A stretch of 64,000 bases of DNA from Polyangiales bacterium (GTDB taxonomy: Bacteria > Myxococcota_A > Polyangia > Polyangiales > Houyiibacteriaceae). The notes under the pieces were generated by a model. The model saw only the letters and a program-made list of their open reading frames with translations, did not search any database and was not told the origin of the DNA. Made by a program: the position numbers and the translations under genes. The stretch is taken from positions 7,653 through 71,652 of the forward strand of contig JBGCFM010000172.1 of the NCBI GenBank assembly GCA_045106895.1, written 5' to 3'. Below, one piece after another: positions 17,581 to 27,094 of this stretch. How positions within the stretch are numbered: position 1 is the stretch's first letter; the number at the start of each line of letters is the position of its first letter.

Positions 17581-18284
17581 TCTTGGTCCTCTGAGCCGAG
17601 AACGCTCGGACGCCCGTCGTGCCAGGTGCTCTCGGCGTCGTGCACTTTCGCGAAGTGCTCGCCGGCTCGCTGCGTCACTTCGCTCATGTCAGGCGCCTCG
17701 TCGCACTCAAGTCCAAGACTCGTAACGCCTTTTCCTTGAATGCCGCACGGAACGATGACTTGGAAGTGCGCCATGTTGGGAGCTACGTTCAGCGCGAAGC
17801 CGTGCATGGTCACCCAGCGGCTGATGCGCACGCCGACGGCGCCGATCTTTCGGGGGCGTAGGCCTTGGGGCTCGACCCAGGTTCCGTTGAACTTATCGAG
17901 ACGCGTGGCGGCGACTTCATAGTCCGCACAGACGCGGATCATGGTCTCCTCCAACGAAGCGACATACTTACGAACGTCCATCCGGTCGGGGTTTAGGTCA
18001 ATGATGGGGTAGGCAACGACCTGACCCGGCCCATGATAGGTAACGTCGCCGCCGCGCCCGACCTCATGCACCTCGATGCCCGCTTCGGCGAAGTCTGCCT
18101 CTGACAGCAGGAGGTTCTCAGGTTTGGCACCACGCCCCAACGTCACCGTTGGGGGGTGCTCCAAGAGAAGAAGGGTGTCTCCTATTTTTTCGTTTTGCCG
18201 AGCCTCGACAAGCTGGCGCTGGAGGGCGTGGGCTTCACCGTATCCAATGCGCCCGACGCGCCAGATGTCGAGATGACGGCTCAC
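17577..18284 (-). CDS. lipB: lipoyl(octanoyl) transferase
   Basis: 'LLLLEHPPTVTLGRGAK', 'RGGDVTYHGPGQVVAYPI', 'KIGAVGVRISRWVTMHGFALNV'. 4-nt overlap with lpdA. Its stop overlaps the convergent creatininase stop (CTAG). Confidence 0.9.
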   Translation of the reverse strand: MSRHLDIWRVGRIGYGEAHALQRQLVEARQNEKIGDTLLLLEHPPTVTLGRGAKPENLLLSEADFAEAGIEVHEVGRGGDVTYHGPGQVVAYPIIDLNPDRMDVRKYVASLEETMIRVCADYEVAATRLDKFNGTWVEPQGLRPRKIGAVGVRISRWVTMHGFALNVAPNMAHFQVIVPCGIQGKGVTSLGLECDEAPDMSEVTQRAGEHFAKVHDAESTWHDGRPSVLGSEDQD

Positions 18285-19705
18285 CTCTTGCGGTTGCCGA
18301 TGTGGACAGCTTCACCGAGCGCGTGCTTGAAAGCCTCCATGACGCCTTCGCTGAGCGTTGGGTGTGGGTGCACTGTCAACGCGACGTCTTCGGCATAGGC
18401 ATGCATTTCGATGGCGAGAGCAGACTCTCCGATGAGGTCCGACGCTTCTGGACCGACGATTCCGACGCCGAGGACTTTGTTGTCGTTGCCGGGGTCCGTG
18501 ATGACCTTGATGAAGCCATCTGTCTCGTCGATGGCCATGGCCCGGCCGGACACGGCGAGGGGGAACTTGCCGATGTTGATCTTCTTGCCCACGGCTTTCG
18601 CTTGGGTCTCGGTGACGCCGACGGTGGCGATCTCCGGATCGGTGAAGATAGCGGCGGGCATCGCGCGCACGTCGAGCATCGCGCCCTTGTGTCCAGCGAT
18701 GACCTCCGCGGCAATCTCTCCTTCCTTGGAGGCTTTGTGCGCGAGGTATGGACCGCCGGTGACGTCGCCGATGGCGTAAATGCCGGGAACGTTTGTCTGG
18801 AGTCGCTCGTCGACGACGACGTGACCACGGTCGTCGAGGAGTACGCCTGCTTCTTCAAGCCCGAGCCCCTTGGAGTTGGGCTTGAATCCGACAGCCATGA
18901 GGACCTTGTCGGCCTTGAAGGTCTTCTCTTCGCCGCCGTGTTCGACCACGACGGTGGCTGTTCCCTTCGACACCTTGCAGCTCTTGGCTCGGGCCTTGAG
19001 GAGAACCTCTGCGGGATTGTCGCTCTTCTTGAGCTTCTTCTCGACGACCTTCACAAGGTCCTTGTCGGTTCCTGGGAGGAGCTGGTCCATCATCTCCACG
19101 ACGACGACCTTCGAGCCGAGCTTCTGGTAGACCATGCCGAGCTCGAGACCGATGACCCCACCGCCGACGATGAGGAGCGTCTTGGGCACTTCCTGAAGGG
19201 AGACGGCCTCGCGAGCAGTGATGATCGTCTTTCCGTCGGGGGTGAACCCTGGAATCTGGATGACGTTCGTGCCCGTCGCAACGACGATGCCCTTGGACGC
19301 CTTGAACGTCTGCTTGCCTTCCTTGCCATCGACCTCGATGGTGTTCTTTGAAGTGAGTCGTGCGGTCCCGAGCACAAGATCCGCGCCGTTGCTCTTCACG
19401 AGGGTCTGGACGCCGCCGGTGAGCTTCTTGACGATGCCGTCTTTCCAAGCCTGCATCTTGGGAACGTCGACCTCCACTTTGCCAACGTTCACGCCGATGT
19501 GGGAGGCGTGCTGTGCCTTGTGCGCCAGTCCCGACGCCGCGATGAGCGCTTTGCTTGGGATGCAGCCCCAGTTGAGGCAAACGCCGCCCCATGACTCCTT
19601 TTCAACGCACAGGGTTTTGAGCCCGAGCTGGCCAAGTCGAATCGCCGCAACGTAGCCGCCGGGGCCACTTCCAATGACGATCGCATCGTAGGTTTTGTCT
19701 GCCAT
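18281..19705 (-). CDS. lpdA: dihydrolipoyl dehydrogenase (E3)
   Basis: 'YDAIVIGSGPGGYVAA', redox disulfide 'GGVCLNWGCIPSK' and C-terminal 'HPHPTLSE'. Confidence 0.95.
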   Translation of the reverse strand: MADKTYDAIVIGSGPGGYVAAIRLGQLGLKTLCVEKESWGGVCLNWGCIPSKALIAASGLAHKAQHASHIGVNVGKVEVDVPKMQAWKDGIVKKLTGGVQTLVKSNGADLVLGTARLTSKNTIEVDGKEGKQTFKASKGIVVATGTNVIQIPGFTPDGKTIITAREAVSLQEVPKTLLIVGGGVIGLELGMVYQKLGSKVVVVEMMDQLLPGTDKDLVKVVEKKLKKSDNPAEVLLKARAKSCKVSKGTATVVVEHGGEEKTFKADKVLMAVGFKPNSKGLGLEEAGVLLDDRGHVVVDERLQTNVPGIYAIGDVTGGPYLAHKASKEGEIAAEVIAGHKGAMLDVRAMPAAIFTDPEIATVGVTETQAKAVGKKINIGKFPLAVSGRAMAIDETDGFIKVITDPGNDNKVLGVGIVGPEASDLIGESALAIEMHAYAEDVALTVHPHPTLSEGVMEAFKHALGEAVHIGNRKR

Positions 19706-19788
19706 GTGTTCTCTCTAAGTCGTTTTCGAAAAGGGGCGAGGTTTTTTGCGGACGCCGAAGCGCTTGCGGTGATTCGGAATGAGCGATT

Positions 19789-20907
19789 TCAGTGCGAAGG
19801 AGCGGGCGGGTTCGAGAGCATCTCGGCCCGTTGCTCCTCGAGGTGCCAATGTTTGCCTTCGTACACATCGTCGAAGAGCGTGTCGCGGGCTGGCGGGCCT
19901 GCTTTTTCTACGCGCCTGACCGCGGCGAGGATCTCGGCATCGATCTGTTCGCTCAGTTCTGCCTTGAGCGTGTCGGTGAGGAGCTCGTGCTTTCGGAGGT
20001 AGCGCTCGAATCGGACGAGCGGGTCCTTCTTTCGCCAACGCTCGACCTCATCCTCGCTGCGATAAACACTGGGGTCGTCGCTCGAACTGTGAGCGCCAAT
20101 TCGGTAGGTCAGGGATTCGATGAAGGTCGGACCGCCACCGTTGCGCGCTCGGTTAAGGGCGTCGCCGATGACTTTGTAGAGCGCCAGTACGTCGTTGCCA
20201 TCCACACGGATGCCAGGGACGCCGTAGGCGTGTGCTTTTACGGCGAAGGTCTCGCTCTTCGTTTGTTTGTGCGAAGGAACGCTGATGGCCCAGTGGTTGT
20301 TCTGGCAGACCATCACGCACGGTGGCTTGTAGACGCCGGCGAAGTTCATGGCGCAGTGGAAGTCAGGCTCGCTCGTGGCGCCGTCGCCGATGAACCCAAG
20401 CGTCGCGATGTCTTTGTGGCCTTTGATCTTCGAGGCCCAAGCGGCACCAACGGCTTGGGGAAGCTGCGGGCCAAGGCATGAAGACCAAGCGACCTGGTTG
20501 ACCTCGCGCCCCGACATATGGCTTGGCATTTGACGGCCTTTGAGGACATCAAGCTCGTTTCCATAAACTTGCGCCAGCCACTTCTCGAGGGGGAAGCCAC
20601 GAACCAACATGATCGCATTCTCGCGAAGCGCCGGAAATACCCAGTCCTGCGGCTTGAGACAAAAGCCCGCGGCGATGGGGGTGGCTTCCTGGCCCGTGAT
20701 GGCGCCGAAGAATCCAATCTTCCCCTGGCGCTGTCGCTTCATCATGCGCTCATCGAGAATCCGCACACGGAGCATGTGCTCGTACATCGAGCGGAGAACG
20801 CCGCTATCTAGCAGCGGGTCGTTCTTCGGGTCGGCGGAGCCGTCCTCGCGCAATACCTGGAATAGTCCCAGTGTCGGGTCGTCGTCAGCGAGCTGCATCG
20901 CGCGCAT
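19789..20907 (-). CDS. 2-oxoacid dehydrogenase E1 component, alpha subunit (branched-chain/pyruvate type, TPP-dependent)
   Basis: 'GFIGDGATSEPDFHCAMNFAGVYKPPCVMVCQNNHWAIS' TPP-binding region and 'YRIGAHSSSDDPSVYR'. Start set at MRAMQL because the longer ORF (to 21006) overlaps the divergent lipoprotein gene. Start uncertain. Confidence 0.85.
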   Translation of the reverse strand: MRAMQLADDDPTLGLFQVLREDGSADPKNDPLLDSGVLRSMYEHMLRVRILDERMMKRQRQGKIGFFGAITGQEATPIAAGFCLKPQDWVFPALRENAIMLVRGFPLEKWLAQVYGNELDVLKGRQMPSHMSGREVNQVAWSSCLGPQLPQAVGAAWASKIKGHKDIATLGFIGDGATSEPDFHCAMNFAGVYKPPCVMVCQNNHWAISVPSHKQTKSETFAVKAHAYGVPGIRVDGNDVLALYKVIGDALNRARNGGGPTFIESLTYRIGAHSSSDDPSVYRSEDEVERWRKKDPLVRFERYLRKHELLTDTLKAELSEQIDAEILAAVRRVEKAGPPARDTLFDDVYEGKHWHLEEQRAEMLSNPPAPSH

Positions 20908-20975
20908 CTTATCGTTGTCAGTGGGGGGGTCAACGGGCGTGTGACGCGTGGAGTAATCGGTGGTAAGTCTCCCGA

Positions 20976-21428
20976 GTGAAGGGCGTTTTTGTAGTGTTTT
21001 TTGCACTGGTGGTCGGACTCGCCTGTGCCCCTCAAACGCCTGGGGATTCGCCCGAGAGTGCCGTTCGAGGATTTCTCGAGGCGATGGACCGAAGTGCCTG
21101 GGACGCGCAGGCTCGGCGCGACGCGTTTCTACTCATCGATGAGGCGAGCCAAGACGAACTTCGGGGGCGAGCGCGGCGGGTAGAATCGTTGGGCCGTGGG
21201 GGGATCGAGCCTTGGGAGTTCTTCGCCCAAGGGACGTTTCGCGTTCGCTGGGCGGTTGGCGGTCTCCACGCCGACGGGGATGTGGTGACGGTGGTCGGGC
21301 CCGACGGGTCCCAGACGACGATTCCCGTGGTTGAAGAAGAGGGACAATGGCGCGTGGTACTTTTCGAACCCGAGGCGCTCCCAGCGCCAGCGGGCGGAGC
21401 CGTGACGCCCATTCCCGTCGAGGGCTGA
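20976..21428 (+). CDS. hypothetical lipoprotein
   Basis: Signal peptide with lipobox 'MKGVFVVFFALVVGLAC'. No other motif. Confidence 0.55.
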   Translation: MKGVFVVFFALVVGLACAPQTPGDSPESAVRGFLEAMDRSAWDAQARRDAFLLIDEASQDELRGRARRVESLGRGGIEPWEFFAQGTFRVRWAVGGLHADGDVVTVVGPDGSQTTIPVVEEEGQWRVVLFEPEALPAPAGGAVTPIPVEG

Positions 21429-21476
21429 AACAAGAGGGCTTCCCCGTGGGGATGACTCTGTGTCAGCATTGAGGCT

Positions 21477-22289
21477 GTGGCTCGCATCGGACTCGTACCA
21501 GGTCGAATAAGTCGAAGCTCTCGACTCGCGGCGACTCTCGTCGCAGACGCAATCTCCAAGGCAACGGGTCTCGCAGGCGATGCGTTTGTCGCACGGGAGC
21601 CGCGAGAGCTCGTCGAAAGATTCGCTGCGGGCTACATCGACATCGTTTGGGCGTCGCCGACGCTCTTTCTTCAGTCACCTCAGCTGGAGGTCGCTGCACC
21701 CATCGCCGTGTCGGTTCGCAACGGCTCTCCGCACTACCATAGCGTCTTCTTTGTTCGCCGAGACTCTGCGTTCCGAAGCCCCCTCGACCTCCGCGGGAAG
21801 TCCGTGGCGTGGGTCGCGAGCACGAGCGCGTCTGGGTACATCTTACCGCGCATGGCGCTCGCGGACATGGGCGTGCACGCCGATGAGCTGTTCAAGAAGC
21901 AGGTCTTCGTCGGCACTCATGGGAACGTCGCTCATATGGTGCGAGAGGGTGAGGTCGCTTGCGGCGCCGGTTACGCGCACTTCATCGACGGCGACCTGAC
22001 GCAAGGGGTGCGCGCAGCGAGCTACTCAGAGAGCGGCGATGGCGCGGACATGCGAGTCCTCCTCGCTTCACCCCCGATACCATCGGACCTCTTCTTGGCG
22101 CACCCGTCGGCGGCAGAGAAGTGCGACCTTTTCGAAGCGATCGAAGAGGCGCGTCTTGCTTCGCCTGAGCCGTTTGAACAGCTCTTCGGCATCGATGGAT
22201 TCGCGCGGCCTGATGCAGGTGCGCTCGCCCAGCTTCGACGTAGCCTTGACGCGGCCCGTAGCTTCGGCGTGTTGGGTCTTCCGAGCTAG
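21477..22289 (+). CDS. PhnD-like (phosphate/phosphonate-type) substrate-binding-fold protein, orphan
   Basis: 'IDIVWASPTLFL', 'YHSVFFVRRDS', 'GKSVAWVASTSASGYILP'. No signal peptide seen and no ABC permease or ATPase adjacent. Confidence 0.6.
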   Translation: MARIGLVPGRISRSSRLAATLVADAISKATGLAGDAFVAREPRELVERFAAGYIDIVWASPTLFLQSPQLEVAAPIAVSVRNGSPHYHSVFFVRRDSAFRSPLDLRGKSVAWVASTSASGYILPRMALADMGVHADELFKKQVFVGTHGNVAHMVREGEVACGAGYAHFIDGDLTQGVRAASYSESGDGADMRVLLASPPIPSDLFLAHPSAAEKCDLFEAIEEARLASPEPFEQLFGIDGFARPDAGALAQLRRSLDAARSFGVLGLPS

Positions 22290-22350
22290 TACCAATCATC
22301 CACCCTGAACCGGTCAGAACTTCTGAGATGAAGTACTAGCCGCTTAAACG

Positions 22351-22379
22351 AAAACGCCCCGGCGAAGCCGAGGCGTTTT
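22351..22379. terminator. bidirectional intrinsic terminator between convergent genes
   Basis: AAAACGCCCCGGC-GAA-GCCGAGGCGTTTT: GC-rich stem (one mismatch) with an A-tract 5' and a T-tract 3'. Confidence 0.55.
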
Positions 22380-22395
22380 GCGTGCGTGTTGTGCG

Positions 22396-23559
22396 TTAGA
22401 AGCGTTCGAAGAGACCCGCGGCGCCCATGCCGCCACCGATGCACATCGTCACGATGGCGCGCTTACCACCACGTCGCTTCAGTTCATGGAGTGCCGTCGC
22501 CGTGAGCTTCGCGCCGGTGCATCCAAGTGGATGGCCAAGAGCGATAGCGCCGCCGTGAACGTTCAACTTCTCGTCGGGGATGTTCAGCGTTCGCTTCACG
22601 TAGAGGGACTGACTTGCGAAGGCCTCGTTGAGCTCGATGACATCGATGTCATCGATGGTCAGGCCTGTCTTTGCAAAGAGCTTCTGAACGGCGGGAACCG
22701 GACCGATGCCCATGATGGACGGGTCCACACCCGCGGTGACGAAGTGCGTCATCCAGCCAAGAGGCTTGAGACCAAGTTCGTTGACCTTGGCTTCGCTCAT
22801 GACGAGCGCAGCCGCGGCGCCATCGCTCAGAGGAGATGAGGAGCCAGCCGTTACTGAACCCTTGGCAGCGAATGCCGGGCGGAGCTTGCCGAGGCCTTCA
22901 AGAGTCGTCTGGGGACGAGGAAGCTCGTCCTTCGTGAACTCGAAGAGAATTCGCTCGGAGCCTTCGTATCGAACGCCGTGAACGGGGACGATTTCGTCCG
23001 CGAAGGCGTTGTTCTCCAGGGCGACCTTGGCCTTCATCTGGCTGGCGTACGCGAACGCATCCTGGTCCTCGCGGGAGATTTCGAAGCGATTGGCCACGTT
23101 CTCCGCTGTGATGCCCATCGGAGTGTACGCCGCAGGCATGCGCTCCATGGCTTCTGGCGACATGCTGGGCTTGTTGCCCGTCATGGGGACCATCGACATG
23201 GACTCGACGCCGCCGGCGACGATGACGTCACTCCAGCCCGCGGCGATCTGTCCCGCTGCAAGAGCGATAGCCTGAAGGCCGCTCGAGCAGAAACGGTTGA
23301 TGGTCATGGCGGAGCTTTCCTCCGGCAGACCACCGAGGAGGCCCGCGATGCGGGCGACGTTCAAGCCCTGCTCACCTTCTGGCATGGCGCAGCCAAGGAC
23401 GAAGTCCTCGACAAGCTCAGGGCTCACATCTGGAACACGACCCATGAGGCCGCGAAGGACCTCGGCGGTAAGTTCGTCAGGACGTCGCTCACGAAGGGAA
23501 CCCTTGTGAGCTCGGCCGACGGCGGAGCGGACTGCATCTACGATTGCTACTTTGGTCAT
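22396..23559 (-). CDS. fadA: acetyl-CoA C-acyltransferase (thiolase)
   Basis: Active-site Cys region '[15 protein letters not shown]' and C-terminal '[18 protein letters not shown]', 'CIGGGMG'. Confidence 0.95.
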   Translation of the reverse strand: MTKVAIVDAVRSAVGRAHKGSLRERRPDELTAEVLRGLMGRVPDVSPELVEDFVLGCAMPEGEQGLNVARIAGLLGGLPEESSAMTINRFCSSGLQAIALAAGQIAAGWSDVIVAGGVESMSMVPMTGNKPSMSPEAMERMPAAYTPMGITAENVANRFEISREDQDAFAYASQMKAKVALENNAFADEIVPVHGVRYEGSERILFEFTKDELPRPQTTLEGLGKLRPAFAAKGSVTAGSSSPLSDGAAAALVMSEAKVNELGLKPLGWMTHFVTAGVDPSIMGIGPVPAVQKLFAKTGLTIDDIDVIELNEAFASQSLYVKRTLNIPDEKLNVHGGAIALGHPLGCTGAKLTATALHELKRRGGKRAIVTMCIGGGMGAAGLFERF

Positions 23560-23573
23560 CTTGATACTCCCGC

Positions 23574-25940
23574 TTAGTTCCGGAGGGGCTTGTTGTGCTG
23601 CAGCATGTGCTGCATACGGGCCTGGCTCAGTTCCTCACCACAGAGACTGAGGAATGCCTCAAGCTCAAGGTCGAGGAGGTCTTGTTCAGTGTTCTGACGC
23701 GCGTGACCGCCGACGCCGCCGCAGAGAACCGTGGCGACCTTTCGGGCGATGAGTGCGTCGTGTGGGCTGGCGTAACCACCCGCGACCATGGTGTCGACAA
23801 CGCTCGAGAGTGTCGCGATACCGCTCTCGCCGGGCAGCTTGTAGGTGCGAGGCGCCATTGGCTTGTAGCCCTGAGCGGCCATGCCGATGACGCGCTGCTT
23901 GGCTTCGTGGAGATGGCGCGCGCGGTCAAAGCTGATGCCGTCGCCCCGTCGGAAGTAGCCGAAGTACTGCGCTTCAACGCCGCTGGTGGCGACGCGCGCC
24001 ATCGCGATGTTCTCGAAGGTTCGCGCCACGTAGGTCTGCGAGTCGAAGTTCGTCCCGTCGGGGATGTTCTCCATTGCGCGCCAGAGCATGTTGACGTTGC
24101 CGGCGCCGCCGGGGAGGAGGCCAACGCCCGGCTCCACCAGACCAGCGTAGGTCTCCGCTGCCGCCTGAACGCCGTCCGACGCGAGGCAGATTTCAAGGCC
24201 GCCGCCGAGAGTCATGCCGAAGGGCGCCGCGACGACGGGCACCTTCGAGTACTTCATCTTTTGCGTGGCGGACTGGAGACTCGAGATCATCGCTCGAAGC
24301 TGGTCCCACTGTCCGCCCTTGGCGGCCATGAGGACTCCGAAGAGGTTCGCGCCTACGCAGAAGTGCTCGCCTTCGTTGTAGATGAGCATTCCGCGGAACT
24401 CAGATTCGGCCTTCTCAAGAGCAAGCGGCAGCATCTCGATGATGCCATCGTCGATGCTGTTCGCCTTCGTCTTGAAGGTCAGTCCGAGGATCCCGTCGCC
24501 AAGGTCCCAAGCTTCGGCGGCGCCGTTCTTGAGAACAGGAGCGTCACCCTTGCGGATGTTCGCAAGAGGAGCTTCGCGCACGTCGAGCTCTTGGCCGACG
24601 TACTCGTTCTTGTTGAGGTCCCAGATCTTGCCGTCGTTGTAGAAGGCGGTGGTCCCAGCGTCGTACATCGCCGTCACGTTGGCGGGGATGTCGATGCCGT
24701 CGGCCTTCATCCGGTCGTAGGTCTCGCGGAACCCAAGGGCGTCCCAGGTCTCGAAAGGACCGAGGTCCCAGTTGTAACCCCACTTCATGGCGTTATCGAT
24801 GGCGACGATGTCGTCAGCGATTTCAGGAATGCGACGGGCCGTGTAGGCGAGGGCGCGGGATAGAACCTTCCACGCGAACTGTCCGCCCTTGCCCTCGTCG
24901 GCGCAGAGCTTCTTCACGCGCTGAGCGGGTGAGCCCTTGATGCCCTTCATGGCTTTCTTGAGGTCTTGGTCGCCGCCCTTGGGACGGTACTCAAGGGTCT
25001 CAAGGTCAAGCACCTCGATACCCTTGGCGCGGGACTTCTTGTAGAAGCCGCCCTTGGTCTTATTTCCAAGCATCTTCTTCTCGACCATCGCGTCGAGGAA
25101 AGCAGGTGGCTTGAAGACGTCGCGCTCTTCGTCGCCTTCGAGGGCGGCGAAGCAGTTTGAGGTCACGTGGTGGAACGTGTCGAGACCCACCATGTCCGCC
25201 GTGCGGAAGGAGGCGCTCTTGGGGTGTCCCATGGGAGGACCGGTGATGGCGTCGACGTCTTCAACGCTGAGGCCCATCTCCAGCATCGTGTGCATGGTGA
25301 GCATCATGGAGTGGCAGCCAATGCGGTTGCCGATGAAGTTCGGCGTGTCCTTGCCGACGACGACACCTTTGCCGAGCTGCTCCGTGGAACAGGTGGAGAT
25401 GCGCTCGAGTGCTTCAGCGCTCGTGTCGGGACCAGTGACGATCTCGAGGAGCTTCATGTAGCGGACGGGGTTGAAGAAATGCATCACGAGGAAGTTCTTC
25501 TTGAACCCCTCTCCGCGCCCTTCGACCATGTCGGAGATTCGAAGGCCAGAAGTGTTCGAGGCGACGATGACGTCGTCCTTACAGACCTTCTCGAGCTTCT
25601 CGAAGAGCGAGCGCTTGATGTTGAGGTTCTCGATGATGGCTTCGACAACGAGGTCGACGTCCGCGAGCTCATCGATGTCATCTTCAAGGTTTCCTGTGCT
25701 GACGAGGGACGCGTTGTTCTTGTGAAAGAAGAGCGCGGGCTTCGCCTTGATGGTCTTCTTCAGACCGCCCTCGGCGAAAGCGTTTCGTTTGCTGGGAATC
25801 TTCTTGTCGGCATCGCTTAGCCCAGGGGGCACGATGTCGAGCAGCACCACTTGCACGCCGGCGTTAGCGAAATGCGCGGCGATGCCGCTGCCCATTACGC
25901 CGGCGCCGATGACGCCCACTCGGCGAATCGGTTGAGTCAT
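23574..25940 (-). CDS. fused 3-hydroxyacyl-CoA dehydrogenase (N-terminal) / enoyl-CoA hydratase (C-terminal) protein
   Basis: 'VGVIGAGVMGSGIAAHFA' Rossmann motif and a C-terminal crotonase fold 'EGEHFCVGANL'. Start moved to MTQPI (25940) because AGGAGAG lies 8 nt upstream of it. Confidence 0.9.
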   Translation of the reverse strand: MTQPIRRVGVIGAGVMGSGIAAHFANAGVQVVLLDIVPPGLSDADKKIPSKRNAFAEGGLKKTIKAKPALFFHKNNASLVSTGNLEDDIDELADVDLVVEAIIENLNIKRSLFEKLEKVCKDDVIVASNTSGLRISDMVEGRGEGFKKNFLVMHFFNPVRYMKLLEIVTGPDTSAEALERISTCSTEQLGKGVVVGKDTPNFIGNRIGCHSMMLTMHTMLEMGLSVEDVDAITGPPMGHPKSASFRTADMVGLDTFHHVTSNCFAALEGDEERDVFKPPAFLDAMVEKKMLGNKTKGGFYKKSRAKGIEVLDLETLEYRPKGGDQDLKKAMKGIKGSPAQRVKKLCADEGKGGQFAWKVLSRALAYTARRIPEIADDIVAIDNAMKWGYNWDLGPFETWDALGFRETYDRMKADGIDIPANVTAMYDAGTTAFYNDGKIWDLNKNEYVGQELDVREAPLANIRKGDAPVLKNGAAEAWDLGDGILGLTFKTKANSIDDGIIEMLPLALEKAESEFRGMLIYNEGEHFCVGANLFGVLMAAKGGQWDQLRAMISSLQSATQKMKYSKVPVVAAPFGMTLGGGLEICLASDGVQAAAETYAGLVEPGVGLLPGGAGNVNMLWRAMENIPDGTNFDSQTYVARTFENIAMARVATSGVEAQYFGYFRRGDGISFDRARHLHEAKQRVIGMAAQGYKPMAPRTYKLPGESGIATLSSVVDTMVAGGYASPHDALIARKVATVLCGGVGGHARQNTEQDLLDLELEAFLSLCGEELSQARMQHMLQHNKPLRN

Positions 25941-25962
25941 CTTCTTACTCTCCTGCATTGAG

Positions 25963-25980
25963 TGAGCGCATTCGCGCTCA
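25963..25980. promoter_or_regulatory. inverted repeat just upstream of the fad operon RBS (candidate operator)
   Basis: TGAGCGC-ATTC-GCGCTCA, 7-bp perfect arms, no T-tract on the coding (minus) side. Confidence 0.25.
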
Positions 25981-26094
25981 GGTTTTGGGGCGCCGCATGT
26001 GCGACACGAAAAGCACGGACTCGCAGAACCGAGCTGCGAAACACTGGGAGGTTCGACGTGGTGTCGAAGGGCGCTTGAGCTTCGGTCCGTCCGC

Positions 26095-26337
26095 TCACGC
26101 GGGGTCGGCTTCCGGCGCGGGGGCAGCTTCCTGCGTCGTCTCCTGGGCCGCTGCGTCCGCCGCAGCCTGCTCGGACCAGATACCGGAGAAGATCATCCAG
26201 AGCGTCGCAATGAGGAAAATCCCAAGTCCAACAGCGGGAACCCACATCGGCGTGCTGGAAGCTTCGTCACGAATTTCCGGAAGCCCTGGGGGCTTGGCTT
26301 CGGCGCTCGGAGGAGTGGAAGATTCGGTTTGGGCCAT
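26095..26337 (-). CDS. small single-pass membrane protein, hypothetical
   Basis: One clear TM helix 'VPAVGLGIFLIATLWMIFSGIW' flanked by Ala/Glu/Pro-rich tails. Confidence 0.4.
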   Translation of the reverse strand: MAQTESSTPPSAEAKPPGLPEIRDEASSTPMWVPAVGLGIFLIATLWMIFSGIWSEQAAADAAAQETTQEAAPAPEADPA

Positions 26338-26395
26338 GGGCGCTAGAACCTAGTCAGCTGGGGCCCTCTGCGCAATCGATCAAATGAAGGACGGT

Positions 26396-27040
26396 TCAGT
26401 CTGCGGTGTCGGCGGCGTCCCGAATAGCCTCGCGGGGGAGGTGAAGCGCCTTGAGCCACGACAATCGGCCGCTCATCCAGAAAGTGAGAAGAAACACGGG
26501 GAGGGAGCAAGGCGCGAGGAGGAGGGCGCGCAGGCGAAGGGCACGCGATCGCGGCAAAGCGCCACCCGTGAGCGTGAGGCCCAGGCTTCGTCCCGCGAAC
26601 AGGGGCGCGTATGGGACGAAAAAGAGCGCCAAAGCCGCGTTCGAGAGCGCTGCCGCCGCGGCGCTCTCGCGGGTGTCCCACCAACCAAGGCTCTCGCCCC
26701 AGCCTGCGGCCAAGAGAAGCCCCCACGCGAGCACGCCATCAATGAGGGTGATGCGCCAGCGACGTTCGGGAACAGCTCCCTCGTCTCGCGGGGTCCAGCC
26801 CGCGAGTAGAAAGAGCCACCCGATCGTTACGCTCAGCCCGGCCCATTCGGCGTCTCGGCGGGTCTCCTCGCTCGCCTGGTAGAGCGAATCGCTGAGAGCG
26901 GCGTCGTATCCACCGATCTCCACGTTGGCGCTCACATCGCGCCACGCGCCTCGCTCACCTGCGTAGTTCGTGAGAGCGGGCAGTCCGAGGGCGACGCCGG
27001 CCGCGAGACACAGGCCGCCCAAGAGAAGTAGCCCCCTCAC
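26396..27040 (-). CDS. hypothetical integral membrane protein
   Basis: N-terminal signal/TM 'MRGLLLLGGLCLAAGVALG' and at least three further hydrophobic helices. No catalytic motif. Confidence 0.5.
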   Translation of the reverse strand: MRGLLLLGGLCLAAGVALGLPALTNYAGERGAWRDVSANVEIGGYDAALSDSLYQASEETRRDAEWAGLSVTIGWLFLLAGWTPRDEGAVPERRWRITLIDGVLAWGLLLAAGWGESLGWWDTRESAAAAALSNAALALFFVPYAPLFAGRSLGLTLTGGALPRSRALRLRALLLAPCSLPVFLLTFWMSGRLSWLKALHLPREAIRDAADTAD

Positions 27041-27094
27041 AATTTAGGCTCCCAAAGGAAGACCCTGAGAGCGAGCCGCGTATACTCCGGAACC

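Noticed and set aside
18149-19351. A 400-aa plus-strand ORF opposite lpdA. Similar long antisense ORFs lie opposite the fad fusion gene (23595-24863), mtnA (51071-52366), PP2C (58697-59758), the GTPase (14164-15141), the CoA ligase (15254-16072), the M23 peptidase (28649-29413) and the Cys-rich lipoprotein (32785-33531).
   Set aside because: In every case the opposite-strand frame carries unambiguous family motifs, whereas these translations have none and show shadow-frame composition.
19706-19788. Possible terminator hairpin between E1alpha and lpdA (GCGGACGCCGAAGCGCTTGCGG region).
   Set aside because: The stem is short and imperfect, and on the coding (minus) strand it is followed by an A-tract, not a U-tract. 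Not convincing as a terminator.
20908-21006. N-terminal extensions offered by the ORF track. Examples are E1alpha to 21006, IMPase to 28691, trmL from 32116, REC-GGDEF to 51068, mtnA from 50903, PP2C from 58475 and the Cys-rich lipoprotein from 32830.
   Set aside because: The extensions overlap neighbouring genes or divergent starts, are Arg/Pro-rich, and precede the point where family similarity or a signal peptide begins. Internal Met/GTG starts were preferred, though exact starts remain uncertain.
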